A stretch of 64,000 bases of DNA from Dictyostelium discoideum (Eukaryota). Below are positions 33,690 through 48,560 of this stretch, piece by piece (within the stretch, counting starts at the first letter, position 1; each line of letters starts with the position of its first letter). A program made the position numbers and the translations under genes. The notes below the pieces were generated by a model that saw only the letters and a program-made list of their open reading frames with translations, was not told the origin of the DNA and ran no database searches. The DNA is taken from positions 3,232,001 to 3,296,000 of the forward strand of contig CM000155.2 in assembly GCA_000004695.1 (NCBI GenBank). Direction: 5' to 3'.

Positions 33690-34427
33690 ATGAATGAAAA
33701 TTCAATTAGTCAATATTCAGAAATTGATTTAATAAGTGATAATCCATTTAAAAATTATTTTGTAGTTGAAAAATTACTAAATAATAATAATAATAATATT
33801 AACGATACCATTGGTAATAATCACTATTCAAATAATAATAATAATAATAAATTTTTAAATAATAATAATAAAAATAAAATAAATAAAAAACAAATAATAT
33901 TAAAAGTTCAAAAGAAATCAAATAAAGCAATGAAAGAATTAACAGTTATGCAAAAAATTGGATATTATTCAAATCATGTTGTTAATGTTTATGGATATTT
34001 TAATTTAAAAGGATGTGATAGAATGTTAAAACCTAGATTACTCTCTGACAATGATGAGTTGATATTCATGGAATGTGAAGATATGGGACAATATCAAACT
34101 TTAGAAATGATAATTGAACGTCGTAAATGTAAAGGATCATTAGTGATGACAAGATTCATCATGAGAGGTATACTTGCATCTGCTTACTATTTCGAATCAC
34201 ATCAAGTAATTCACCAAACTCTTCACCCAGGTAACATATACATCTTGGAAGATTCCCTAGGAACCGACGATCAATCAGTTGTAAAATTTTCAAATTTAGA
34301 ACACTGTTTATTAATTGGTTCTACAAATTCATCATTATCATCATTATCATCATCAACATCATCATCTTCATCCTCATCATCATCTACAAATTGTAATAAT
34401 AATACCACCGAAAATAATAATAATAAT

Positions 34428-34481
<54 letters not shown>

Positions 34482-34877
34482 TCATTAAATGATAGATTTG
34501 TACTTGGTAAAGATTCAGTATGTTATAGTATTTATAGTGATAGACATCAGAGTAGAAATTTATTTAAAGTTGTAAGTTCAAATACAGTTTCTTTTACAGT
34601 TGGTATTATTTATTTGGAATTATTATTATCAACTATTTATGATCACGTTTTTCCTAATGAAGAGTATATAAATTCATTGAGAGAGATAGTAAGGAATGGG
34701 AAATTGGATATCTATACAAATCAAGCAACAAACACTAAATATTTTAGATTTAATCAAAATCATCAAATTGAAATAACTGATTTAATTAAAGATGATATCT
34801 CATTAATATTAACTTTATTACAAGATTCATCAACTAGACCAACAATAACACAATTTATTATTGATTATTTATTTTAA
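33690..34877 (+). CDS. Protein kinase-like protein, probable pseudokinase (395 aa).
   Basis: Kinase-fold landmarks: ILKV (VAIK), E in helix C, hinge FMECEDMG. HQTLHPGNIYI replaces HRDLKPxN (catalytic Asp to Thr). VVKFSNLEHC replaces DFG. No APE. Confidence 0.6.
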
Positions 34878-34982
34878 AATTAAAAAAAATAAAAAAAAAA
34901 ATAAAAAAAAAATAAAAAAATAAAAATAAAAATAAAAAATGAGTTCCAAGTTTTTTAATTTTATTATTATTAATTTTAGAAA

Positions 34983-35018
<36 letters not shown>

Positions 35019-35286
35019 GTAATAAAAAATATTTTTATTTTATTTATTTAATGTATAATAATTTATTGGTTTAATTTTTTTTATTTGTTTAATTTTTTAT
35101 TTTTTTATTACCAAATTTTTATTTTTTTATTTTAATTTTTATTTATTTTTTTCATTTTTCAATTTTCACTTTTTTTTTTTTTTTTTTTATTTTTTTATTT
35201 TTTATTTTATTTGCCCATTGCCAAGCCTTACTTTATTTTTCCAACATATAAAAATAAAAAATAAAAATAAAAAGCACACATATGAA

Positions 35287-35361
35287 ATGAGTTTTAAAGA
35301 TGATGAAATAAATAATTACAATAATATCAATAGTAGCAATTATAATAATAATAATAATAAC

Positions 35362-35410
<49 letters not shown>

Positions 35411-36099
35411 GTGGTGATACAAATTTTGATAGTAGCGATGATGCAATCTTCATCTATGAAGAAGAAATTATACCAATACAGAAAGAACAGCAATCGCCAA
35501 TAATGACACCAGCAACACCAACTACAACAATAATAAATGATAAGCTACAACAACAAGAACAACAAGAACAACAACAACAAGAACAAACAGATAAACAATC
35601 ACATGAAGACCAACAGGATGAACAACAACAAATGGAAGATATAGAATATCAAGATATGGTAATAACAGAATATTCAGATAATAATAAAAGTAATGATAGT
35701 ATAGTAGTTGAAAATGAAAATTATGATAGTATGATTGTAGAAGATGATGTTATGGCAAATGTTAACAAAGAATCACAACTAATTGAACGAGAAGAATATA
35801 ACATACAACAATTTGAAACACCTCCTCAAGAACAACAAGAACAACAAAAAAAACAACAACAACAAGAACAACAACAAGAACAACAACAAGAACAACAACA
35901 AAACCTACAAAAAATAGCAACAACAGGTACTGATATAACAGGTACAGATACAAACATCACTACTACTACTACCACTACTGATACCCCAACCATTAAAATT
36001 AAATATAATGATGAATTATTCTTTAGAATGTGGAAAGATAAAGACATAAGTCAAATTATTTGGAAATGTGTGAAAATAAGGAGTGATCTATACAATACT

Positions 36100-36139
<40 letters not shown>

Positions 36140-38399
36140 ACAATAATAACAATAATAATAATAATAATAATAATATTACAAATAATAGAGTATGGAAATA
36201 TTATCAAACTCATTCATTAGAATGGTTAATTAAAAATAATCATTGGCAATTATTTAAATATCGTTTAAAACGTGGTGATTATATCTCATTCAATGAACAA
36301 TCATTTAAACTTATTCATAAATTATTTGATCAAATTAAATTATATGAAGAAAAAGATGAAAAAGAAAAAGAAAAAGAAAAAGATAATGATAAAAGTATTA
36401 ATAATAATAATAACAATAATAATAGTGAAAAGATAAAAGGTTGTAAATTAGATGGAAATGAAATTAAAGAGATATGGAGTTTATTCTATAGACAATATCA
36501 AACTACATTATTACATTGTTTAGATAATGCAGTAGCGGCAAATAACTTAATAGCTTTACAATCGATTGTAGAGAATTCATCATTTCTAATTCAATATCAA
36601 CCAGATATACAATATAAAGCAATAGCAAGTGGTAATGTTGAATTATTAGTTTATCTTCATAGTATTGGTATCGATTCAAAATTAAATCCCCTATTAGTAA
36701 TTGATTATGCTCAAAAATCTTCAAATGTTAGTAATATGATTAGATATTTAAATAATAAGAGATATAATACAAATAAATCACCCAATGATAATAATAATAC
36801 AACAACAGCGACAACAACAGCGACAACAAGTAACAATAATAAAAATACAACTACTACCACTACTACTACTACCACTACTACAAATACAAATTCAAATTCA
36901 AATTCAAATTTAAATTCAAATTCAAATTCAAATTCAAATTCAACTACAATGAGTAGTTCATCATTACCAAAATCACCAGAAAGTTTTATAACGGATGAAG
37001 ATTTTACAGAAGCAGAGAAAGAATTTTTAGGTTTAAAAGATTGTGTTTTAGTTGATAAAGATAGTATTATGTTACCAAGTTCAAGTTTATTATTTGACCA
37101 TTTAAAGAGTAAAACGGTATTTTATAAATTAGATTATGATTTACAATTGATTTTTGTTAGGGAGAGTAAGAATTGTAAAATTTCATTCTTGGAGGATTTA
37201 GTAAAATGTTTTAATCCTTGGAAAGATCATACACTACAATCGATGGATATTATCAACTATGTGAATATAATGCAAAAGATAATGAAAATGGATATATTTG
37301 GAAGCAAAGGTACAGCTGCATTATCATTATTAGAACTAGCCAATGGATCATTGTTTAGAATTTGTTCAAATTATAATAGTGATAATATCAATATCGATAG
37401 TATTGAAAATAATCAATTACTGTCTGGTAATTTACCAGATAGAGCAACATTAATGGAGTTATTATATAATCAATGGGTATTGCCATTAAAAGATACAACA
37501 TTCAATCAAAAGAATACATGCTATTATAAATCAATCACTCAAGGTAACACAATTGAAGCTGAAAAATTAAGATTTGAACAAATGAAACCATCAATCAACT
37601 ATTTAGAGAAAGCAACCTCTCTCTTGGAAATCTCATTTAGAAAAGCTCATATCCCTTCATTAGAATTATTCTTAAAAATTTATAAATTAAATCATCTTTT
37701 CACTTATGATTATCATAACTTTTTTTCAAATAAATTTCAAATTGATTCAAATTTATTTATAGATTTAAAAGAAGATAATAATAATAATATTAATATTAAA
37801 AATGAAATTAAAGAAGAAGAAGAAGAAAAAGAAAAAGATAATAATAATAATGAATCAATTGAAAAAAAGAAAAAAGAATTTTTAACAGTTTTATTAAGTA
37901 GAACAGAATTTACAAATTCATTCTATATGAATTTAATGATTACATTAATTGAAAAGAGAAAAGATTTTAAATTGGCAGAATTTTGTTTTCAATTTCAAAG
38001 TTGTAAAATTTATCAAACAAATTTATATCAAAGTGCGATAAAGAATAATAGTATTGAATTTTGTAAATTTTTATTTTCAAAATCTGTGAAATTACAAAAA
38101 CAGGATTTAGAACTTTTAACTACAATTCCAAATAATGTGGATTTATTAAAAGAGATTTTAAAATCAAATCAAGTACCATCATTAATTGAAATTTATCATT
38201 TAATGGAAAGATCAATTAAAGATTCAAGATTAGACATTTTAAAATGTCTTTTAGAATCTTTTCCTTCTTCAATGAAATTCGATTTATTAAATTATGCTGC
38301 AAATTTTAATAGAAATGAAATTATTGATTATTTAATGTTAAATCATTCAAATTCAATTAAAACTATAACTAGTAATGGTACATCTCCAAATTCAATATC

Positions 38400-38430
<31 letters not shown>

Positions 38431-39342
38431 GGTACAAGCGCAAATACGAGTGGTGGTGCAAATAATAATATTAATAATATTTTTGGAACAATTAAAATTT
38501 CAACACCAGATTTACAATTAACAGCAAGAACTAAATTACAATTGAAAAAGTATGGAATTGAATATCCATGTTTTAAAAATTTAATTGTACCATCAAAGAA
38601 TCCAATTTTTAATGCAATTGCGTCAAATGATCATGAATTGTTGGTTTCAGAATTTAAAGATCATTTCAATCAATATAAATGTTATTTAGATAATGGTTTA
38701 ATGCAACTTTTGGGTCAAATTGGTAATTTTGATACAATTAAATACTTTGTTGATTATATGGAATTGGATTTAATTAAAACTTTTCAATTGGTATCATCAA
38801 CACTTCATTTTGGTCATATTGAAATCTCAAAATGGTTATTGTTAGAGAAATTGCTTGAAAAGGATTACTATAAGAATCTGTTGAATTTATTATTATCCTA
38901 TGATGTTTCAAAACCTTTGATTTGGGATCTGTCAAGTTTGGATTTAATTTGTACAATCATTGATAAGAATTTCAATACTGGTAATCAAAATATATTAAAT
39001 GAACAATTTAAAAAAATATTCTCGCGTGGTCTTTTATTTTGTGTTAAATATTTATTGGAACGTTATCCCGATAAAGATCTTTTAAAAAGTCAAATCACTG
39101 ATAATACATTAATCAAAAAAGCTTTTCTCACTTCAAAAGGTCAATACTATGGTTTCAATAACCAAATTTCAATTAAAACTTGTTACTTTGAAAATTTTAA
39201 TAAATTTAATATTCAAATACAACAACTTGAACAAGAAAAAGAAAAACAACAAAATGAAAATGAAAATTTATTATTAGAAAATAATAATAGCAATGAAACT
39301 ATTGAAAATCATCATAAGAGAAAAAGAGGAGAAGATATTTAA
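35287..39342 (+). CDS. Large low-complexity protein (1352 aa) with poly-Asn, poly-Thr, Gln/Glu-rich and (NS)n tracts. No recognised domain.
   Basis: Long ORF. The track start 35218 is a TTG. The first in-frame ATG is at 35287 (MSFKDDEINNYNN). Confidence 0.65.
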
Positions 39343-39905
39343 TTAAATAAATTTGAAATGAAAAATGTAAATAATCTATTTTTTTTTTTCTTGTTTTTTA
39401 TTTTATTTTTTTCTTGGATTTTCTTGTTTTTTATTTTATTTTTTTATTGTGGTCAACAAAAGAAGCAATTACAACAAATTAAAAAAATCTCGTATTCCCT
39501 ATAATTATAAAATAATTATAATTATAATCTTTTTAACTACGTTAAACTTTTAGTAATCAGTTAATAGAAATAAAAAATAAAAAAATAAAAAATAAAAAAA
39601 AATAAAAAATTAAATTAAATTGAAAAAAAAAAAAAAAAAAAAAAAAACTGAATTTTAATTCGCTTCTCGCAAAACAATAAAGAAAAAAAAAAGAGATAAA
39701 GGAGAGATAAAAAAAGAACTATTATTATTATTATTAAACTCTCCTTATAATAAAATAATAAAATAATTGCCATAAAAAAAATAAAAAATTAATAATTCTA
39801 TTGAATAAAATAATTACCATAAAAAAAAAATAAAAAAAAATAAAAATAAATAAATTTTAAAAAAATAAAAATTAAAAAAAATAAAAATTAAAAAAAATAA
39901 AAAAT

Positions 39906-39955
<50 letters not shown>

Positions 39956-40269
39956 ACACTTTAGTCATCTCATCATATAAATAATAAGAATTGTAGTAAT
40001 AGAAACTTTTAATAAAATAAAATAAATATAAAAAAATAGTATTTATATATATATTAATGTACAGGAATAGTGAATAACACCATCACCAAAAATATAAATC
40101 AACACAACCTGAATACCATCAGCCGCAACAATAACAAAAGTAATAACCAACACGCAATAAAAAAAGAACCAAAATCAATAGCGGTAGTAGTAATAAAGTT
40201 ATTCAATTTATATATTTATATATATAGTATATAAGTAGTGATTTTCATAATTTTATAAAATAAAATAAA

Positions 40270-41613
40270 ATGACGTCATTACATAAACAAATTATTGAAT
40301 CACATAATAATGATATAACCAAATTGAAATCATCAATGTCAACAAGAGCAGCTGCTAGAAGAAGTGTTTGTTTATCTTCAATGTCTTATACATTAGGTGC
40401 TGATGATGTTACACCAATCACCTCAAATACAACCCCTAGTAATAATAATAATAATAATAATACTACCACCACCATAACTACCACAACTACCACCCCAACC
40501 ATATCACCACTAAAGCAATCAACTACAGGTAGTATTATACCCAAATCAATTTTAGTTACAAAATCAGGCTCAAAGGAGGAACCTATTGTATCATCCTCAA
40601 AATCAAGTAGTAATAGTAGTAGTATCAATAATAACTTTAATAATTTATATTCAGCATCAACATTTAGTAGTAGTACAAAGAAAGTACATGAAAGACCAAG
40701 TATAAATCCAGGTTTTAGAAAACCAAGAGAGGCATTATTAAGTGGTAATAGTGATAGTGGTATTATTAAAAAACCATCTTCATCATCTACTTCTTCTTCT
40801 TCTTCTTCTTCTTCAACTACTAGTAATATAAAAGCACCAATTCAAATTTCACATTCTAGCAATAGTGGTAGTAGTAGTAGTGGTGGTAATAATAATAATA
40901 GTGATGATAATAGTGGCAGCTCTACAATTAAACATACTGCTGCATCATTATCAAAAATGAAGTTATCACCATCGCACACAATTTCTGATTCTCCAAGATC
41001 CTCAACTATGAAATCTAGATCTGTTTCAATTTCAAATGGTAGTTTATTCTCACCAACCAATACTTCTGTAAATAATAGCAATAACAATACATCATCAAAT
41101 ATAAAAACCCCAACCAAATCATCAATATCTGAGAATTTAGATCAAAATACACCACCACCACCATCATCATCATCAACAACAAAAACACCAACTGCAACAA
41201 CAACAACAACAACAACAACAACATCATCATCGTCATCGACATCAACAAATACAACACCTTCTAAATCATCAGTGGATGATGTTTTTGCAAGATTAGCCAA
41301 TGTATCAAAACCTGCAATTAAATCAAGATCATTATCTGTTTCTGCAAGTTTGGCAAGGGTTGAACAATCCCCACCAACTAAAGATAAGGGAGATAAAGAA
41401 TCTTCATCTTCGTCCTCCTCTTCTTCATCTTCATTTTCTAGTAAATTTACAAAAATACTTAGGAGTTCATCAAAAACACCAACACCAACTTCATCCAACA
41501 CTACAGTACAACCCTCAACAACCTCATTATCAGCATCAAAGATATCATCTAGAAAAGATACAAAATCATTATCATCTTTTTCAACTACAACTACTACTAC
41601 TACTTTAAAATCC

Positions 41614-41652
<39 letters not shown>

Positions 41653-42246
41653 TCAAATATAGCATCAAGCTCATCAAGTTCATCAAATAATTTAACAAAC
41701 TTACTCACACAATCACAATCAATTTCGTCAACATCAACATCAACAACAACAACACCAACTTCAACTTCACCAACATTGGCATCATCAATGTCTGTATTAT
41801 CATCACCAACTTCAACCACTACCACCTCCACCTCTACCACCTCCACAACAACAACACCAACCAAATCATCATGTACTATTATAACACCATCGATTGCATT
41901 GAAATTATATATAAACGATTTAACATCAGCAGAACAATCAGAGATTCTGGATTATCCTCAAATCTATTTCACTGGTAATACCAATAAAAAAACAAAATTC
42001 AATTCACAATTACCAAACAATGGTTATGATAATGATATTGGTGAATATAAAGTGGTTGAACGTGATCATATAGCATATCGTTTTGAAATCGTTTCAATAC
42101 TTGGTCAAGGTTCATTCTGTCAAGTAGTAAAAGGTTATGATTATAAAACTGGTGAAATGGTTGCTTTAAAAATTTTACGTAATCAAAAAAGATTTCATAA
42201 TCAAGCTTTAACTGAAATTAAAATTTTAGAATATTTAAAAACAAAT
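40270..42246 (+). CDS. DYRK-family kinase, exon 1 of 3. A 600-aa Ser/Thr-rich N-terminal region precedes kinase subdomains I-IV (GQGSFCQVVKGYD...VALKIL...RFHNQALTEIKILEYLKTN). Donor aat|GTAAGA, phase 0.
   Basis: DYRK2/3-type DH-box and RFHxQA motif. Confidence 0.8.
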
Positions 42247-42299
42247 GTAAGATTTAAAACATATTTATATAAAAAAAAAAAAAAACCTATTATTAATTT

Positions 42300-42335
<36 letters not shown>

Positions 42336-42339
42336 TTAG

Positions 42340-42654
<315 letters not shown>

Positions 42655-42774
42655 TAATAATTAATAATTAATAATTAATAATTTATAATTAATAATTAAT
42701 AATTAATAATAAATAATAAATAATTAATAATAAATAATAAATAATTAATATATTTTTGTTTTTTTTTATTTTAG

Positions 42775-43238
42775 TTTTTACATATATTCAATCAAGATTT
42801 TATAGGTCACCAGAAGTTATATTGGGAACTAAATATGATAAATCGATTGATATTTGGAGTTTAGGTTGTATATTAGTAGAGATTTTCACAGGTGTACCAT
42901 TATTTCCAGGATCTGATGAACCTGAACAATTAGCATGTATAATGGAGGTGCTTGGAGCTCCCCCAAAAAGTGTAATTGATAATTCAACACGTAAGGATAT
43001 TTTCTTTGAAGATGATGGTACTCCAAAACCTGTTAAAAACTCAACAACTGGAGAACTCTATACAATTGGTACAAAATCTTTTAAGGATTCAATTAGATCG
43101 GGTGATGAAGATTTTGATAATTTCATTTTGGATTGCTTAAAATGGGAACCATCTCAAAGAATTACTGCTGAACAAGGTTTAAAACATGATTGGATAATTA
43201 AAGTTATTGCTCCAACTGCACCTTCAACACCTTCTTAA
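42775..43238 (+). CDS. DYRK-family kinase, exon 3 of 3 (activation-loop YIQSRFYRSPEV, DIWSLGCIL, ...PSQRITAEQGLKHDWI). Total protein is about 915 aa.
   Basis: Acceptor ttttAG at 42773-42774. The YxY activation-loop motif is diagnostic of DYRKs. Confidence 0.8.
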
Positions 43239-43241
43239 AAA

Positions 43242-43286
<45 letters not shown>

Positions 43287-43661
43287 AATATAAAAAGAAA
43301 TAAAAAAAAAAATAAAAAAAATATATTTATAAAAATAATAATAATAATAAATAATAATAAAAATAAAAAACTATATCAAATTATTATTTTTATTATTGCT
43401 ATTATTAACTCTTTTATTAAAAATATATACCAATAAAAAAAAAAAACTTATTTATAAAAAAATATTATAATATTACAATGGCATATTACTTTTTTTTTGG
43501 TTTTATTTTCTTTTTTTTTTTTTTTTTTTTATTTATTTATTTATTTATTTATATAAGGTTTATGTTTTTTTTTTTATTTTATGAAATTACAAATTATCAT
43601 AATTATGATGAAATATAGGTGTGTGTGTCTTGTGGAGGGGATTGAAATTTAAAAGTTGATT

Positions 43662-43973
43662 TTAATTAGCTGGTTTATTAATTGGAACAATATTGTAATA
43701 TTTTTGATATAATTTGAAACAATCATCAGAAGAAATCTTCTTCCAACCATCTTTTTGAACATGATAAACATTGATAGCACCACCAGAGTAAGCATCTCTG
43801 TGAGTTGCATGATAAACAGCTCTACGACCGAGTTCATATGCTTCTTCATCATTCATATCCCATTTAAAACCTGTATCTAAAACACCATAAGCATATGTTG
43901 AACCTGAACCACATGAAAAACGTTGACCATGTAATCTAGTACCATCATTATCAACATAATATAATTGTGGTCC
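43662..43973 (-). CDS. psmB5: Proteasome subunit beta type-5, exon 3 of 3 ([14 protein letters not shown]...[30 protein letters not shown]...).
   Basis: Acceptor aaaaAG at 43975-43974, in frame with the track ORF 43662-43856. Confidence 0.85.
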   Translation of the reverse strand, partial: GPQLYYVDNDGTRLHGQRFSCGSGSTYAYGVLDTGFKWDMNDEEAYELGRRAVYHATHRDAYSGGAINVYHVQKDGWKKISSDDCFKLYQKYYNIVPINKPAN

Positions 43974-44090
43974 CTTTTTTTATTTTTAAAAAAAAAAAAA
44001 AATTTTATAAATTTAAAAAAATAAAATAAATATAAATATATGTTAATAAAATTTAATAATAATATAAATAAATAAATAAAAGATACATAC

Positions 44091-44480
44091 AGTTTTATCC
44101 CAACCAGTAATCATAGTACCCATTGATAAACCGTAACCTTTATATGAATATACAATATTTGCTAAAATTTTAGATGCAGCAGCAACAGAGATGAGTTCTT
44201 TATTTCTTAATTCATATAATCTACATCTTCTACCTAATTCACGTTCCCAAAATGAACAATCAGCAGCACCACCAGCCATAGTACCCAAAAGGGTTGGTGT
44301 AATTTCAATTACTTTTTTAACTGATCTACTTGCAACGTATGGTCCTTGTGTAGATTTTGAATCTACTGATACAATAATACCTCCACCATATACAAATGCT
44401 AATGTAGTTGTACCATGTGCAAATTCCAATGCTTTTGGTGCTGATGGATGATCAAATGTTTCTCTTAAAAAATCACCTGG
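44091..44480 (-). CDS. psmB5: Proteasome subunit beta type-5, exon 2 of 3 (AHGTTTLAF...[31 protein letters not shown]...MITGWDKT). Donor act|GTATGT, phase 0.
   Basis: Near-identity of motifs to PSMB5 (catalytic Thr in HGTTTLAF). Acceptor ttttatAG at 44482-44481. Confidence 0.85.
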
Positions 44481-44703
44481 CTATAAAATTATAATGATAA
44501 TTATTTTTATTATTTTTATTATCATTATTATTTTTTATGAAATAATAAAATTAGTATGTTATTTTTATTATTATTATTATTATTATTTTATTATTTACTA
44601 TATTGTTTTTTTAATATATAATGAAAATATTTTAAATATCTAATCTCTATTATCATTATTCTATTTATTTTTATATGTATTATATATATATAAAAAAATT
44701 TAC

Positions 44704-44820
44704 ATTTGCATTTGGTGGTAATTCGAAATGTGGTGTATTTAAAAATTTAACATCACTTGCGAGTGTATCGTAGAGTGTTGGTTGTGATTGTTCAATATTG
44801 TCAAAATCAATATTAATCAT
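44704..44820 (-). CDS. psmB5: Proteasome subunit beta type-5, exon 1 of 3 (propeptide MINIDFDNIEQSQPTLYDTLASDVKFLNTPHFELPPNAN). Donor aat|GTAAAT, phase 0.
   Basis: An ATG ORF whose donor is in frame with exon 2. Confidence 0.6.
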
Positions 44821-44936
44821 TTTTGAAATTCTATGTACAGTAATATATATTTATAAAAAAAAAATAAAAAAAAAGTGAAAAAAATAAAAAAAATAAATTA
44901 AAAAAAAAAAATATTGTGAAGATCAAAAAATTTTTA

Positions 44937-44971
<35 letters not shown>

Positions 44972-45668
44972 AAAAAATTGAAAATTAAAAAAAAAAAAAA
45001 TTAATTTAATTTAATAATGACAATCCATTATTATTTTTATATATAAGTAATGTTTTGATTAAAAATATAATTATATCCATTTTTTTATTTCAATTTTTTT
45101 ATTATTTTTTTTTTTTGGTTTTATTTTTTTTTTTTTTATTTTTTTATTTTTTTTTTTGTTTAAATAAATAAATAAAAAAAAAAACAAAAATATAAAGAAA
45201 TAATAATAAAATAATCAAGAAAAAAAAAAATAATAATAATAAAATTATCAAAAAAAAAAAAATAATAATCAGAAAAAAAAAAAATAAAAAATAAAAGAGA
45301 ATGGCATTGTTGACAATTATTTCTTTGTTTTTTATTTTTTTTTTTTTTTGGTTTTGTTATTTTTATTTTTTTTTTTTATATTTTTTTTTATATTTTTTTT
45401 TTTTCTGAAAAAAAAAAAAAAATTACCGTCGAGTTTTGTAAAAAAATTTTTTGAAATTTTTTTTTTTTCAACTTTATTTAGTCGTCATAAACAGAATATA
45501 TAAAGAGATGTAAGTCTATCACACAAATTTTTCAATCTATCTGATATCTTTTCAAATGATTATCAATCTTTTTGGATTATCATCAATCTTTATCAATCTT
45601 TAGTATTTGTTTAGGATTAATGACTAATATTCGAATATCTAAAAAATGATTATGATTTTTTTATAGCA

Positions 45669-46466
45669 ATGGCTGATACTACAACTGCTGCTCAAGCCGA
45701 TCAAAAACCAACTCGTGCTTTTGGTGCTGGTCGTCCACAAAGAGGTGCTGGTGGTGCCCCACAAAGAGGTGGTCCACGTCCACAAAGAGGTGGTCAAGGT
45801 GAAACCAAATCATGGACTCCAGTCACCAAATTAGGTCGTCTCGTTGCTCTTGGTTTAGTCGAGAATATCCACGAAATCTATCTTTTCTCTTTACCAATCA
45901 AGGAGTACCAAATCATTGATAAATTCCTTAACCTCAAGGATGAAGTTATGAAGATTGTTCCAGTTCAAAAGCAAACTCGTGCTGGTCAACGTACCCGTTT
46001 CAAGGCTTTCGTCGTTGTTGGTGATCACAACGGTCATGTAGGTCTCGGTGTTAAATGCGCTAAGGAAGTTGCCACCGCCATTTCTGGTGCTATCGTTGCT
46101 GCCAAATTATCAGTCATCCCAGTTCGTCGTGGTTATTGGGGTAACAAACTCGGTGCTCCACACACTGTCCCAACCAAAGTCACTGGTAAATGCGGTTCCG
46201 TCGCTGTACGTCTCGTTCCAGCCCCAAGAGGTACTGGTATCGTTGCTGCTCGTGTTCCAAAGAAATTACTCCAATATGCTGGTGTTGATGATGTTTACAC
46301 ATCTTCACGTGGTAAGACCAGAACCATGGGTAACTTTGTCATGGCCACTTTCTTCGCCATCACCAAGACCTTTGCTTACTTAACCCCAGATCTTTGGAGA
46401 GAAGTCAAATTAATCAAGACTCCATACCAAGAACACTCTGCCAAATTATCCGAAAAACAACAATAA
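45669..46466 (+). CDS. rps2: 40S ribosomal protein S2 (uS5), 265 aa. Strongly C/G-ending codon usage.
   Basis: RG-rich N-terminus and S5 domain (KLGRLV...[22 protein letters not shown]...). Codon bias is typical of highly expressed genes. Confidence 0.9.
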   Translation: MADTTTAAQADQKPTRAFGAGRPQRGAGGAPQRGGPRPQRGGQGETKSWTPVTKLGRLVALGLVENIHEIYLFSLPIKEYQIIDKFLNLKDEVMKIVPVQKQTRAGQRTRFKAFVVVGDHNGHVGLGVKCAKEVATAISGAIVAAKLSVIPVRRGYWGNKLGAPHTVPTKVTGKCGSVAVRLVPAPRGTGIVAARVPKKLLQYAGVDDVYTSSRGKTRTMGNFVMATFFAITKTFAYLTPDLWREVKLIKTPYQEHSAKLSEKQQ

Positions 46467-47101
46467 ATCAATTTTAATTAATTTTTTACTGTTTTAAAAA
46501 AAAAAAATTCTTTTTTAATTATTAATTTTATTTGTTTAAAAAAAAAATAAGATCCACAAATTAAATTTTTTATTTATCAAAAAAAAAAAAAGTATTTTAT
46601 TAGTATTTTTGTATTAATTTATTTACAGATTGGTTTGTCTGGAAAAAATAAAAAAAGCACCACCCCCGATCTCACTTTCCAAAAATTAAATTTATTTATT
46701 TTTATTTTTATTGTTCTATTTATAAATAATTTAATTAATAATAAAAAAAACATGAAAATATGAAAGTACTATTTTCTTTTGTGGAATTAGTTAAATTTGG
46801 AAATTAATTTTGTTTTTTTTTTTTATTTTTTTATTTTCCACAGAGGTAATAAAAAATTGAGAAGTTAACCAAAAAATAAAAAAATAAAATAAATAAATAA
46901 AAAAATAATAGAAATTTAAAAAATTTTAATAATCAATTGTTTTATTTTATTTTATTTTTATTTAATTTTTTTGTTTTTATTGAAGTTTAATTTTCTTATT
47001 TTTTACCTTTTTTATTTTAATAAAGTGTGAAGTTCAACATGAGAAAAAGAAAAAAAAAAAAAAAATAAAAATTAAAAAAATAAAAAAAATAAAAATTAAA
47101 A

Positions 47102-47133
<32 letters not shown>

Positions 47134-47467
47134 TTTAAAATTTTTGATCAACTTCACTTTTTTTTTTTTTTTTAATTAATTTTTTTTTTTTTTTTCTTTT
47201 TTTCAATTTTTAATTTGTTAATATATACATAAAAAAAAAAAAAAAAAAACATATAATAAAAATAAATATATATTTTTTTTTTTTTTCAAAATTATAATTA
47301 TTATTTTTTCTTTTTTTTGAACATATATTGTTTTATTTCATTTTAATTTGTAATACATACACATTCAAATCTTTTTATTTATATACATATTTTTTTTTTT
47401 TTTTACAACAATATATACATTCATACACATAGAATTTCATTCTATTTTTTTTTTTTACAATTAAATA

Positions 47468-47854
47468 ATGCCACAAAAAGAAGTAACAATTCCAGTACCA
47501 GCAAAAGGTGGTAGCAATAAAGAAGAAGACAAAAAAGATAATAAAGATACAGAAGAGAAAAATACTACCACCAACACTACCACCAAAGATAATAAAAAAG
47601 ATAAAAAAAAAGATAAAAAAGAAGAAACTTTATCACCAGAAGATGAAAAATTAAAAAATGATTTAGAATTATTAGTTGAAAGATCAAGAGATGAAAAAGA
47701 AGAAATTGCATTGGCTGCATTGGAAGCTTTAAAAACTGAAATTAGATCATCAACTTCTTCAATGACTTCTGTACCAAAACCATTAAAATTCTTAAGAAAT
47801 CATTATTCAACTTTAGTAGATATTTATAAAAATTCAAAAGAAGGTAAAGCTAAA
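47468..47854 (+). CDS. psmD2: 26S proteasome regulatory subunit Rpn1/PSMD2, exon 1 of 3 (129 codons). Donor aaa|GTAAGT, phase 0.
   Basis: [22 protein letters not shown]...[21 protein letters not shown] matches the PSMD2 N-terminus. Confidence 0.85.
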
Positions 47855-47866
47855 GTAAGTAATAAA

Positions 47867-47904
<38 letters not shown>

Positions 47905-47919
47905 ATTATTTATTAATTC

Positions 47920-47952
<33 letters not shown>

Positions 47953-47968
47953 ATTATTTATTTATTAG

Positions 47969-48471
47969 ACATCATTAGCTGATATTTTATCAGTATTGGC
48001 AATGGCAAATGGTAATGATGAAAGAGATACACTTAAATATAAATTATTGGGTAGTGGTGAAGCAATTGCAAGTTGGGGACATGAATATGTTAAACATTTG
48101 GCAACAGAGATTGGTGTTGAATATGATATCAAAAAGGAAGAGAATCAATCAGTAGAGGATTTATTAAAATTGGTTGATGAGATTGTACCATTCCAAATGA
48201 CACATAATGCAGAGCCAGAGGCTTGTGATCTCCTATTGGAGGTTGAACAACTCTCAAAGATTTTCCAATACATTGACGAGAATAATTATAGTCGTGTTTG
48301 TCTTTATCTATTCAAATGTTCATATTATGTACCAGGTCCAGATGATATCAACATCTTAAAGGTTTGTGTTGAAATCTATATTAAAATGAAACAATATCCA
48401 GATGCACTCAGAGTTGCTATGAAAATTTCTGATCCTGAATTAATTACTGAAATTTTTAAATTGGTTGAAAA
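47969..48471 (+). CDS. psmD2: Rpn1/PSMD2, exon 2 of 3 (TSLADILSVLAMANG...WGHEYVKHLA...NAEPEACDLLLEVEQ...). Donor aa|GTAAGT, phase 2.
   Basis: Acceptor ttattAG at 47967-47968. Colinear with PSMD2. Confidence 0.85.
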
Positions 48472-48560
48472 GTAAGTATTATTTTTTTAAAAAATAAAAA
48501 ATAATAATTAATAAATATATTTATATATATTAACTTTTTTATTTTTATTTTTTAAAAAAG

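Noticed and set aside
40386-41864. Minus-strand ORFs (V/D/E/L-rich) and the plus-strand ORF 41300-41608 inside the DYRK gene.
   Set aside because: Antisense or off-frame translations of the Ser/Thr/Asn codon repeats.
46048-46383. 111-aa plus-strand ORF in an alternative frame of rps2.
   Set aside because: Off-frame ORF inside a highly conserved ribosomal protein gene. It is permitted by the GC-rich codon usage.
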